A DNA stretch of 64,000 nucleotides from an uncultured Methylophaga sp. (GCA_937877715.1 CALEHW010000046.1:89690-153689); one strand, 5' to 3'. Positions 41,045 through 50,091 are shown, numbered from the stretch's first letter. The notes: generated by a model not told the origin, from the letters alone. Numbers and translations are program-made.

Positions 41045-43688
41045 CTCTCTCAACCTCGTACTCCACACGACACAATGGCTCCAGTCCACAGTACTGACAA
41101 CTGCTCTTCCCTTTTAGAGGGTCAACCACAGCAATTCCCTCTCTGAACTCTCCTGCCAGCTCTGTTACAACTCTCTCCCACTGACTTATTTGCTGCTCCC
41201 ACCCCTCACTGACAACCACCTTTCTCTTGCCACCCCAGCCCTTGCCATCGGCCCCCTCAAGCAGACTCTCCTCCTGCTGCTCACCTTTATATGCAACCTC
41301 ACTAACCTGAATCTGCCCAAACAGTACTGCCGCAACATCATCCAGCAGAGTGGTATAGAGTGGTAACTGGGGCTCCTCCGGGCGCTCCCCCTGCCATCCT
41401 GATCTACTGACCTTGCCACTTTTGTAATCAATCAGAATCCGCCTTCCATCATCCAGTCGATCAACTCGATCCATCTTCACAGAGATAGAGAGCCCATCCA
41501 GAATAACTTTGTGCAGACGCTCCATCTCCTCAACCCTGAAGCTGGTTACACGCCCCCGATCAAGCTCCAGAAAACGCATTGCAAGCTGAGCCAAACGGGC
41601 CGATTCATTAACTGCAAAACCATCCCCCATACGGTCCTGACGAGAGAGACGGAACTTCTCGACTGTCTCCTCTGCTGCTGCTGCAACCAGAGCGGTCAAC
41701 TCCTGCTCACTCAGTTGATTCAGCCGGTCTGACGAGAGCCCCAACCTCTCCCAGCACCGCTCAAGCAACCCATGTATCAGTGTGCCTCTCTCGCGTGGAT
41801 CAAGTCCCAACTGCTCGCTTTCCATGCTATCTGCCTGCAGTCGGTGGCGCACAAAAGCTCTGAATGGACACTGTGACTGGTTTGCAAGAATCGAGCTGCC
41901 TCCGCGCACCCTGCTTCCACGCCCCACAGATAGTGTCCCCTCACTAATTTCCTCCAGCACCAGACTATTGCCATCAAGCCACCACTTTTCAACTGTGGTT
42001 TTCAACCCTAGGCTTCTGTAATCCATCTGAGGAATATCATCGACTAAGGGGGTCTCCCGTAGCCCCTCCTCAGCCCCATCCTCACTACTCTCAGATAGAG
42101 TGAAGAAAACTTGGTCTGCTGCAATTGCGAATCCAGCCACCATCTCTTCTGCAATCTTCAGACTATTGGCCCTGTCTACTGCAGGCACCTGTCTGCGCTG
42201 CCACTCCAGTGGCAAAAATGGCGACAGCTCCGCAGTTGATGGCCAATTCCGATCCTCCATCCCCATTACCCAAAGTGCATCGTAATGTACTCCACACGCC
42301 TCTTCCGGAGTCAGAATATCTACAACTGCACTCTCCCCTTGTGGGGGCATATCCATTCTGGAGAGAATCTGTCTTAATCCAGAGAGGGCCTCCGCAAGGG
42401 AGAGGATTCCAGTAAAGTCTCCAACTGCAGAAAAACGGTCGAGACCATCTCTCCAGCCATCATAGGCAGATAGCGAGATATCACTCTTCTCCCCGTTCTC
42501 CGCCCACTCAAAAAATGAGAGTAGATGGCTAAAACGTTCAGCCCACTCTGTGGTGGTCAACCGTGACTCATTTAACTCAAGCTCCTCCACCGCATGCAAG
42601 GCACCAAGAAAGCGTGGAGCCTGAAGACCAGACTCTCCATCATCCTTATCAAAGAGCCGGACCAGGGTAGCAGTATAGACATCAGGGTTACGCCAACGCC
42701 TTAGCTGAAGATCAAATGTTGATCTTGCCCCCATCTCTGTCCCCTGTAGCAACCAGGGTGAACGCAACAGCGCAGACGCCTCCGCCAGAGGCAGCCCTCT
42801 CTGTACCATCCTTATCAACTGCAGTGCAGTATGGATACGTGGATCCTGCAGCAGAGCCGTACCTCTATTAAACCGATATGGAAGTTCCATGCCAGATTTT
42901 GCCTGGAGCAGAGTTGCAGGAGCGAGAATGGTTCTGAACAGTTTCTCAATACGGTGCCGTCTTCCATACAGGCCGGGTACTACCACAGCCAACCTGTGGT
43001 CCGGACAGTCCTGCAGGTACTCTCTTAACCAGTAGGCAACCGCTATCTCCTCCTCACTCTCACTAGGCAGAATCGTCTTTACTGCCACACTGCTTGTAGC
43101 TACACCCTCCTCACTTCTCAACTCACTACCAAGCTTATTGAGTGTCTGCAGAATCTGTCGTTCAGCTCTACTCCATTGGGACTCACCATATGTATAGACA
43201 GTCTCAGGAGTGGCAATATCTCCAGAGAGCAGCAGTTTTACCGCCCATTCAGCAAGACTGGCACGCTCCAATAGCCCTCTCTGTTGGCACTGCTCCGCAA
43301 ACCTTGATTGCCACTGCTGAAACAGATCCAGCTCCTGCAGATGTGAGTCCTTAACCAGACTCTGGCCATCCTCTCTCCACTGATGAAATATTCTATTGGC
43401 AGATACCGCGTGGTCTACCAGCTCGCCCTTCCGCAAAAATGAACCATCGTCTAAACTTTCCTGCGGAATAGTCTGCTGCCATATGATCCTCTCCTGTTCT
43501 GGCGTCAACAGGTGCGAAAGTTCAGTTCCTCGCTGCAACTGTTCATTCCACTGCTGCTGAATCCAGGCCTGAATAGAAAAAACTGGGGGGGTCTCCCATA
43601 CAGCAACCCCTTTTTGCAACTGCTCATCACCCCACCGGTCCCTGAGATATCGAGCCTGTCTGGCAGTTGCAGTTAGAGTAAGATTCAT
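41037..43688 (-). CDS. addB: AddB-type nuclease subunit with a C-terminal Fe-S cysteine cluster
   Basis: About 883 aa with no full helicase motor. It has a C-terminal PD-(D/E)XK motif (ILIDYKSGK) and CQYCGLEPLC (CxxCx5C) as in AddB iron-staple domains. The start is taken at the conserved-looking MNLTLTATARQARYL. The track ORF continues 88 codons upstream through low-quality sequence. Confidence 0.7.
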   Translation of the reverse strand: MNLTLTATARQARYLRDRWGDEQLQKGVAVWETPPVFSIQAWIQQQWNEQLQRGTELSHLLTPEQERIIWQQTIPQESLDDGSFLRKGELVDHAVSANRIFHQWREDGQSLVKDSHLQELDLFQQWQSRFAEQCQQRGLLERASLAEWAVKLLLSGDIATPETVYTYGESQWSRAERQILQTLNKLGSELRSEEGVATSSVAVKTILPSESEEEIAVAYWLREYLQDCPDHRLAVVVPGLYGRRHRIEKLFRTILAPATLLQAKSGMELPYRFNRGTALLQDPRIHTALQLIRMVQRGLPLAEASALLRSPWLLQGTEMGARSTFDLQLRRWRNPDVYTATLVRLFDKDDGESGLQAPRFLGALHAVEELELNESRLTTTEWAERFSHLLSFFEWAENGEKSDISLSAYDGWRDGLDRFSAVGDFTGILSLAEALSGLRQILSRMDMPPQGESAVVDILTPEEACGVHYDALWVMGMEDRNWPSTAELSPFLPLEWQRRQVPAVDRANSLKIAEEMVAGFAIAADQVFFTLSESSEDGAEEGLRETPLVDDIPQMDYRSLGLKTTVEKWWLDGNSLVLEEISEGTLSVGRGSRVRGGSSILANQSQCPFRAFVRHRLQADSMESEQLGLDPRERGTLIHGLLERCWERLGLSSDRLNQLSEQELTALVAAAAEETVEKFRLSRQDRMGDGFAVNESARLAQLAMRFLELDRGRVTSFRVEEMERLHKVILDGLSISVKMDRVDRLDDGRRILIDYKSGKVSRSGWQGERPEEPQLPLYTTLLDDVAAVLFGQIQVSEVAYKGEQQEESLLEGADGKGWGGKRKVVVSEGWEQQISQWERVVTELAGEFREGIAVVDPLKGKSSCQYCGLEPLCRVEYEVERDE

Positions 43689-43782
43689 CCGACAGACCTT
43701 ATCACCATGGAAAAAATGGATCGACAGGAAATCACAAATCAGTCCATAATTAGAAACCCCTAATACAACGGAATGCAATACG

Positions 43783-44877
43783 ATGAGTACAACTCCAGAT
43801 GACAGAGGCCAGATTCGTGAAATCCGCATAAACCCTATTGTTCCCAGTGAATCTGTACTGGTGGCAACCGCCCGCAGTATGCGGCCGATCAAGGAGGAGC
43901 AGCAGGCCCCACGGGATACCCGTAGCCATGTGGAGAGCTGCCCTTTCTGCAAGGGAAATGAGGAGAAGACCCCACCTGCAATTGTTACTTATCCGGACGA
44001 TGAGTCATGGAAAATTCGTGTTGTAGAGAACCTCTTTCCTGTCCTTGGCAAGGCTAGTGATGAATCTCAGAAAAACTTGAATTTTGGTTTGCAGTCAGCA
44101 ATTGAGGGATATGGTCACCATGAGGTGATGATCGATCACAGCAACCATGGGGCTGTAGTCAATGAGATGAGTGAGGAGCATCTAACCTTACTGTTTGGTG
44201 CCTATCAGGAGAGGATGCGTAAGCTGTATGAGAGTGAGAGAATTCGCTTTGTCCTGGTTTTTAAAAATTACGGCCCTGCCGCTGGTGCCAGCATCCGCCA
44301 CACGCATAGCCAGATTATTGCCATGCCGGTGGTACCACAGAATGTCCATGACGAGGTAATAAACAGTGCTGCTCACTACCAAAAACATCATCAATGCATA
44401 TTCTGCACCCTGATTGACGAGGCCCTCACCTTCGAGACCACAATATATGATCGTCACTCAGGTGAGGTGCGCAGAAAAATAAATGTGGGGCAGTATGTAG
44501 TCGACAGATCAGACCACTTTATCGCTATCAAGCCATTTGCCAGTCGCTTTGAGTGGGAAGTGCATATTTTGCCACTGGTTCATCAAAGTGATTATCTGAA
44601 CTCCTCTGCAGAGGAGTTGGCAGACTTCGCAAAAATTGTAAAACGGACTATGCAGAGACTCGATGGGGTGCTTGGTGGAGTACAGTACAACTACTTCCTC
44701 CACTCAATCCCCCACAATGAGGATTGCGAAAGCTGTCACGCAAGTTTCCACTGGCACCTCGAGATCGTACCTCGCACCAGCATCCCTACAGGATTTGAAC
44801 TTGGGTCAGGCCTCTTTGTAAATACCATAAGCCCGGAACAGGCTGCTGAACAGCTACGTAATACAGTAGTGGGGTAA
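43783..44877 (+). CDS. GalT-family (HIT superfamily branch III) nucleotidyltransferase, a candidate APS:phosphate adenylyltransferase (ADP-sulfurylase) or Ap4A phosphorylase-like enzyme
   Basis: 364 aa with a CPFCKGNE zinc-knuckle motif in the first half, the GalT/Apa-type active site RHTHSQII (HxHxQ) and a degenerate second half-domain (HWHLEIVPR). Confidence 0.7.
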   Translation: MSTTPDDRGQIREIRINPIVPSESVLVATARSMRPIKEEQQAPRDTRSHVESCPFCKGNEEKTPPAIVTYPDDESWKIRVVENLFPVLGKASDESQKNLNFGLQSAIEGYGHHEVMIDHSNHGAVVNEMSEEHLTLLFGAYQERMRKLYESERIRFVLVFKNYGPAAGASIRHTHSQIIAMPVVPQNVHDEVINSAAHYQKHHQCIFCTLIDEALTFETTIYDRHSGEVRRKINVGQYVVDRSDHFIAIKPFASRFEWEVHILPLVHQSDYLNSSAEELADFAKIVKRTMQRLDGVLGGVQYNYFLHSIPHNEDCESCHASFHWHLEIVPRTSIPTGFELGSGLFVNTISPEQAAEQLRNTVVG

Positions 44878-44966
44878 GAAGCACACAAAGGAGTCTGCAG
44901 AGATTGCAAATCTTGTCTGATTCAAAGAGAATTACGCCACTCTAATATAGATCTGAAAATAATAAA

Positions 44967-45380
44967 ATGACTACAACAACCAAGATGAGTGATGAAGAGT
45001 GCCGCTTTTGTAATGCCAGCCCAAATCGACGGATTTTGATTGAAGGGAAGTACGGCTTTGCAGCACTGGATCGCCATCCAGTCAATGAGGGGCATTTCCT
45101 GGTGATCCCCTACCGCCATTTTCCAGATTACTTTGACATAGGTGATGAAGAACGTGAGGAGTTATGGTCACTTGTGGCTCAGGGGAAAAAATTAATCGAT
45201 GAGAAGCACAACCCAGACGGCTATAACATTGGCATCAATGTAGGCGAGTCTGCTGGCCAATCGGTACCCCACCTACATATCCACGTTATTCCACGCTATA
45301 AAGGTGACGTAGAAACCCCCAAAGGTGGGGTCCGTGGAGTTGTTCCAGAACAAAAACTCTATACCCTTCAACCAGATTAA
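44967..45380 (+). CDS. HIT-family (Hint-like) nucleotide hydrolase/transferase
   Basis: 137 aa with a canonical histidine triad PHLHIHVIPR and an N-terminal CRFC zinc motif. Lies directly downstream of the GalT-family gene. Confidence 0.75.
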   Translation: MTTTTKMSDEECRFCNASPNRRILIEGKYGFAALDRHPVNEGHFLVIPYRHFPDYFDIGDEEREELWSLVAQGKKLIDEKHNPDGYNIGINVGESAGQSVPHLHIHVIPRYKGDVETPKGGVRGVVPEQKLYTLQPD

Positions 45381-45429
45381 ATCGGAGATAGAGGTTACGC
45401 GAAAAACTGTCTTATTTTAGGCGCACGAA

Positions 45430-45464
45430 AAAAATCCCAGCTCACCACGAGCTGGGATTTTTTA
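45430..45464 (+). terminator. Rho-independent terminator (bidirectional) after the HIT gene
   Basis: aaaaaaatcccagctc-accacg-agctgggattttttatt is a perfect 9-bp GC-containing stem flanked by A-run and T-run. Confidence 0.65.
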
Positions 45465-45484
45465 TTACCCTACAGTAATCGAAA

Positions 45485-45643
45485 TTACGGTTTCTTGGGT
45501 GTAGTGTATGGAACCTCTTTCTGGAACGGTTCCCAGATTGTTTCATAACCAACAAAGCCCTGCTCAGTCGGCGCTTTCTGGCGGGTTGTCAGGAAACGAC
45601 TATGCCCTGTAGGGACCGTTGGTTTTGTGTTTTCTTCGCTCAT
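45485..45643 (-). CDS. Unannotated 52-aa ORF (MSEENTKPTVPTGHSRFLTTRQKAPTEQGFVGYETIWEPFQKEVPYTTPKKP)
   Basis: ATG preceded by a good Shine-Dalgarno (AGAGGTGA, 6 nt spacer). Below the ORF-track length cut-off. No recognisable family. Confidence 0.3.
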   Translation of the reverse strand: MSEENTKPTVPTGHSRFLTTRQKAPTEQGFVGYETIWEPFQKEVPYTTPKKP

Positions 45644-45796
45644 AAATCACCTCTTGCTAAAAAAATACAGGATGGCCACTACAAGTGGTTGCAGCTAAAA
45701 ACCATCTGATATCTACTATAAAAAATTCCTTTATCGTTGAATTGGTGCACTGTGTAACACATTAAATGTGCACCTCTATTACTCAGTTAATTCTAC

Positions 45797-46318
45797 TTAC
45801 TCCGTCAATTCTACCATGTTCTCAATTTCTGGCTCTGGTTCGATCGGTCCACCCTCTTTGATCTCCTCATCCGTTGCATCACGCACGGTGAGAATCTCGA
45901 GCTTGAACAGAAGGTCCCGACCACAAAGTGGGTTGTTGCCATCAATAGTCAGACTCTTCTCATCGATTCGGGTAACCAGAAAGTTCTTGGTATCACCTTT
46001 ATCATTCTCCATGACAATGGTGGTTCCAACCTCATGGTACTCCTCAGGAACATTCTCCAGGTAATCAGTGATCACTAGAGACTCATCACGCTCGCCGTAG
46101 AGCAGGCTCCCATCAATGGGAACCTCAATAACCTCGCCAATAGAGCATCCCTCCAGGGCCTCCATAATGGGCTCAGAGAGAACATCATTGTGGCCATGAA
46201 TGTAACCAATCGGGAATTCCACCGCTGCCAACACCGCCCCACTCTTCTGGTCTAGAACCTGGTAGGTCAGCTCAACAAGCTTGTTTTTCTGAATCGTCTC
46301 ACTCATAACAGTCTGCAC
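45797..46318 (-). CDS. slyD: FKBP-type peptidyl-prolyl cis-trans isomerase, SlyD-like (lacks the His-rich tail)
   Basis: 173 aa. YIHGHNDVLSEPIMEALEGCSIGEVI aligns with SlyD YLHGHGSLISGLETALEGHEVGDKF. The IF-domain insertion and DGNNPLCGRDLLFKLEILTVRDATDEEI align with SlyD DGNHMLAGQNLKFNVEVVAIREATEEEL. Confidence 0.75.
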   Translation of the reverse strand: MQTVMSETIQKNKLVELTYQVLDQKSGAVLAAVEFPIGYIHGHNDVLSEPIMEALEGCSIGEVIEVPIDGSLLYGERDESLVITDYLENVPEEYHEVGTTIVMENDKGDTKNFLVTRIDEKSLTIDGNNPLCGRDLLFKLEILTVRDATDEEIKEGGPIEPEPEIENMVELTE

Positions 46319-46320
46319 AA

Positions 46321-46671
46321 CTAGAAAATAGAGGCACTAAAGATCTTGACCCCATCCTTTTCATAGCCTAGTACCAATCTGCCAAGCCACTCACCCTTCT
46401 TCTCGGTACTTCGCACCCTAAACAGAACAGTGACATGCTCGTCACGACGAATCATTCCCAGATAGTCTGACTCCTCGGAGAGGTTTCGTGCCAGTTGACT
46501 TCTGGCAAACTGCTTTCCAACCTCCATCTCATTGAGACCAAACAAAAGATCCTGGGAGAAGTGACGGGTAAACATTCCATACTCACCCTCATTGGAATAC
46601 TTAATCAAGTCATTCCACATTGGAAGTCCAACTTCCAAAATCTCCTCATCACTATCGTCAATAATATTCAT
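46321..46671 (-). CDS. Hypothetical 116-aa acidic protein downstream of aprA, translationally coupled to the SlyD-like gene
   Basis: Protein-like composition. Its stop abuts the SlyD-like start. No family recognised. Confidence 0.5.
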   Translation of the reverse strand: MNIIDDSDEEILEVGLPMWNDLIKYSNEGEYGMFTRHFSQDLLFGLNEMEVGKQFARSQLARNLSEESDYLGMIRRDEHVTVLFRVRSTEKKGEWLGRLVLGYEKDGVKIFSASIF

Positions 46672-46722
46672 TCAAAAATCCTGAATTCCTAAACTTACAG
46701 CCATCACTATCCTCGGACAGCC

Positions 46723-46769
46723 CAATAAAAAGATCAACAAACGAGCATTACTACGATCGAATGTTGATC
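46723..46769 (-). terminator. Possible partial terminator/attenuator after aprA
   Basis: On the transcribed strand: 8-bp stem gatcaaca/tgttgatc with a 22-nt loop, followed by TTTTTATT, 27 bp after the aprA stop. Confidence 0.35.
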
Positions 46770-46795
46770 CCTTATTAAACTAGTCCATCAGAGGA

Positions 46796-48688
46796 TTAGG
46801 CTGCCTCGCCTTCCTGTCCCTCATGATCCTCATCGAACAGGTGATACAGTGGAGCCTTCTCCATAGTGTACTCACCAGTCTTTGGATCACGGCGAGAAAC
46901 TGTCAGAACATGCCAGTTCTTATCATCCAGCTTCATTGCGTCACCACGGTAGTAGTAACCAGGCCAGCGAGTTTCCTTACGGAACAGGGTGTGCTGCATT
47001 ACAGACTCGGAGGCAAGCAGACGATGCTTCAGCTCCCATGCGCGCAGCAGCTCATGAATATCAGAAGCAGCAATCTTCTCCATATCCTCTTCCAGAGTCT
47101 TCATCTTCTTCAGACCGATGTTCAGCAGCTTATCGTTAGTCATGTAGTTCACCGTTACACCACCAGCGTACTCGTCCATCATCTTCTGCATACGATCAAG
47201 ACCTTGACGTGGGTTGATGTAGTTAGGGTTAACAGTTCCAGCAACGATATCGTTACGGTAAACTTTATAGTGCTCCATTGGTTTGTAGATCTCTTCCTTG
47301 CGATCATTGATCTGCTTCTCAGAGATGGTAATTCCATTGGCCTTACCATCATCGATGTACTTGCAAGCAGCCTTGGCAGCCAAACGACCTTCGGTGAATG
47401 AACCAGAAGAGAACGCATGTGGTGTACCACCAACCGCATCACCAGCACCAAACAGACCTTCTACAGTAGTCATACGGTTGTAACCCCAGAAATACTCATC
47501 AGGAGAAACATCCTCAGGACCAGAACACCATGCACCACAACCGGTAGCGTGTGAACCCATTACATAAGGCTCAGACGTAGTCAGCTCAGGGTTCTCATAC
47601 TTTGGATTTACATCAGTTGCAGCCCAAAGTACAGCCTGACCAACTGTCATACCCAAGAAGTTGTGCCAGCCAATCTCCTCAAGGTGAGGATCCTGGAATG
47701 AGTGCATAGTAACCATGTGAATCGGGCCACGTCCTGCATTGACCTCGTTGATCAGAGCATGGTTACGCAAACATGTTGGGATTGGCTTATGAGACAAGTG
47801 CTGGTTTTCTGTATCCAGATATTCCTTACCAACCATCTCACTCAGAGCCGGGAACCACTTGGACTCATACTCCTCACCATTACAGTTCTGGGTGTAAGTC
47901 TTAAGGTGTAGGAAGTAAGCACCAACCGGGCCGTAACCATCCTTGAATCGAGCAAGTACGATACGGTTTTCCATCTGGGTCATCTTCGCACCAGCCTGAA
48001 TCATCAGACCATATGCAGATCCAGAAGACCACGGTGCATACCATACACGTCCAGCACCCTCACCAACGGAGCGAGGCTTGAATATGTTAGATGCACCACC
48101 AGCACCAACAATAACAGTCTTGGACTTGAATACGTGGTAGTTACCAGTACGTACGTTGAAACCAACAGCACCAGCAACACGATTCTCTTTGCTCTCATCC
48201 ATCAGCAGGTGAGTAACACAGATACGGTTGTAGACCTTGTCAGCAGACTTGGTAGCAGCCTCAGCCACAAGCGGCTTGTAGGACTCACCGTGAATCATGA
48301 TCTGCCAGCGACCCTCACGCAGATAGGCGCCAGTCTTCGAGTCACGCATGATAGGCATGCCCCACTCCTCGAACTGGTGTACTGCGGAGTCAACATGACG
48401 CGCCATGTCAAAAGCAAGATCCTCACGAACCATTCCCATCAGGTCCATACGTGCGTAGCGAACGTGATCTTCCGGATTATTCTCTCCGAAACGTGTTCCC
48501 ATGTAGCAGTTAATTGCATAAAGACCCTGTGCAACTGCACCGGAACGGTTGATATTTGCCTTCTCAGCAATAACGATTTTCTTGTCTTGGCCCCAGAAGC
48601 GCGCCTCCCAGGCTGCACCAGTACCGCCGAGCCCTGCGCCCGCGACTAGAACATCGATATTGTCTTCTACGATAGTTTTGTAAGCCAT
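46796..48688 (-). CDS. aprA: Adenylylsulfate (APS) reductase alpha subunit
   Basis: 630-aa FAD flavoprotein with a dinucleotide-binding N-terminus (VLVAGAGLGGTGAAWEA) and fumarate-reductase-family fold. Immediately preceded by aprB, so the stop and start are tightly coupled. Confidence 0.9.
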   Translation of the reverse strand: MAYKTIVEDNIDVLVAGAGLGGTGAAWEARFWGQDKKIVIAEKANINRSGAVAQGLYAINCYMGTRFGENNPEDHVRYARMDLMGMVREDLAFDMARHVDSAVHQFEEWGMPIMRDSKTGAYLREGRWQIMIHGESYKPLVAEAATKSADKVYNRICVTHLLMDESKENRVAGAVGFNVRTGNYHVFKSKTVIVGAGGASNIFKPRSVGEGAGRVWYAPWSSGSAYGLMIQAGAKMTQMENRIVLARFKDGYGPVGAYFLHLKTYTQNCNGEEYESKWFPALSEMVGKEYLDTENQHLSHKPIPTCLRNHALINEVNAGRGPIHMVTMHSFQDPHLEEIGWHNFLGMTVGQAVLWAATDVNPKYENPELTTSEPYVMGSHATGCGAWCSGPEDVSPDEYFWGYNRMTTVEGLFGAGDAVGGTPHAFSSGSFTEGRLAAKAACKYIDDGKANGITISEKQINDRKEEIYKPMEHYKVYRNDIVAGTVNPNYINPRQGLDRMQKMMDEYAGGVTVNYMTNDKLLNIGLKKMKTLEEDMEKIAASDIHELLRAWELKHRLLASESVMQHTLFRKETRWPGYYYRGDAMKLDDKNWHVLTVSRRDPKTGEYTMEKAPLYHLFDEDHEGQEGEAA

Positions 48689-49173
48689 TAGTGATATACC
48701 CCTTCTTTCATGATTAGGCCATTGGACTCAAGGGTGTGCAAACCACCTTCATCGAGACGAATGTATTTTGGTTCGTTAAACAGTAGCAGGTCATTATCAC
48801 GATGCTCCTGAGTTGGAGCAGGGACATCAGCAAGCTGTGGAATTTCCTGTCCCCATGGCTTTGTTGTAATAGGCGCCAGCAGATTCAGATCAGTCTCACC
48901 ATTGCGAGACTTGATGCGCCATGCGATAACACCCTTCTCCTCATCACGGTCCACACGTACAGAGTGACCCAGAGGGGCAAAGTCGGCATAACCACGAACA
49001 TCAATTGCATGGTGAGGACATGCCTTCACGCATGAGTAGCACTCCCAACACATATTAGGCTCAATATTGTAGGCACGACGATATTTATCATCGATATGCA
49101 TGATATCTGATGGACAGATATCAACACAGTGTCCACAACCGTCGCAACGGGTCATATATACAAAAGTAGGCAT
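48688..49173 (-). CDS. aprB: Adenylylsulfate reductase beta subunit (2x[4Fe-4S])
   Basis: 161 aa with two ferredoxin motifs (CDGCGHCVDICP and CWECYSCVKACP) and the AprB-specific C-terminal tail. Confidence 0.9.
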   Translation of the reverse strand: MPTFVYMTRCDGCGHCVDICPSDIMHIDDKYRRAYNIEPNMCWECYSCVKACPHHAIDVRGYADFAPLGHSVRVDRDEEKGVIAWRIKSRNGETDLNLLAPITTKPWGQEIPQLADVPAPTQEHRDNDLLLFNEPKYIRLDEGGLHTLESNGLIMKEGVYH

Positions 49174-49213
49174 AATCTTTCCTTTTTGTTTAGATTAATC
49201 TTGAATCTTAAAA

Positions 49214-50035
49214 TCAGTAGTGGCTAGGCTCTTCGCGCTTAATGCCAAGACCCATGTTGGATGGGTTTTTACCCATGTACTCAGGGATATCTGGAAATCT
49301 TGCATGCGTAGCAGCAGCAGACAGGTCAGGTATCTCAGGCAGATTCTCATTAGAACCATCAGCATGAACTGTACGCTTGTTATAAGCCGCAGCAGGCTTG
49401 AAGAACATATGGGAGAACTTAGACCAGTAAACGCCGCCGAATAGTGAAGCTGTAGAAATGATCACTAGGGCAAACCATGCTCCGGTGCCACCACCAGTTA
49501 GTGACCAACCTATAGCTGCTGTTGATGTAGCCATCAGCGAGAGGCTGAACATATCCCTTCTAAGCTTGATATTTGTCCATGTATTACCTTCTGCAGCCAC
49601 ATCAACCTTGAATACAAACCAGAACCACCAGCTACCTACGAACAAACTGATAGCACCCAGATGCCAGAACAAGTTCAATGTTGCATCGGCAGCATTATCA
49701 CCAAAAATCATCATTGCAGTTGCTGCATTAAATGAGATAAAACCATACATGGTCAACAGATGTACCAGCCTACGAGTCGGGTTACAGAACTCTCCAGACA
49801 GCGCCACATCAGTAACAACAGTCTTGACCAGAATTGAGGCAGCAGGAGCAGTTTTTGTTGCATTCTGCTTATCTTTTGCAGCTTTCTCGAAGAAGTACTG
49901 AGCACTCTTCTTGTGCATCATATCCAGCACAGTCATTACAATAACTAGCGCAATCATTACGATCACATACGTCTGCATAGACGCATATGTGATGCCGGCA
50001 TCCACTAATGACTGGATAGGGGTATTACTTAACAT
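49214..50035 (-). CDS. aprM: APS reductase membrane anchor AprM-like protein
   Basis: 273 aa with about 5 predicted TM helices and a hydrophilic C-terminal tail. It sits between sat and aprB, as aprM does in sat-aprMBA loci of purple sulfur bacteria. Confidence 0.65.
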   Translation of the reverse strand: MLSNTPIQSLVDAGITYASMQTYVIVMIALVIVMTVLDMMHKKSAQYFFEKAAKDKQNATKTAPAASILVKTVVTDVALSGEFCNPTRRLVHLLTMYGFISFNAATAMMIFGDNAADATLNLFWHLGAISLFVGSWWFWFVFKVDVAAEGNTWTNIKLRRDMFSLSLMATSTAAIGWSLTGGGTGAWFALVIISTASLFGGVYWSKFSHMFFKPAAAYNKRTVHADGSNENLPEIPDLSAAATHARFPDIPEYMGKNPSNMGLGIKREEPSHY

Positions 50036-50091
50036 AGTGTTTTCCTTTTAAAATTAAATAAAAATAAACATTAACAATAATCAAGAACGAC

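Noticed and set aside
43689-43952. 88-codon N-terminal extension of addB suggested by the ORF track
   Set aside because: The extension is hydrophobic and low-complexity with no similarity to AddB N-termini. An internal Met (MNLTLTATARQARYL) begins the conserved region.
45751-45761. TGTGTAACACA read as a CRP-like site
   Set aside because: The spacing (1 bp between half-sites) does not fit the CRP/FNR family consensus with a 6-bp or 4-bp spacer. It is kept only as an unexplained palindrome.
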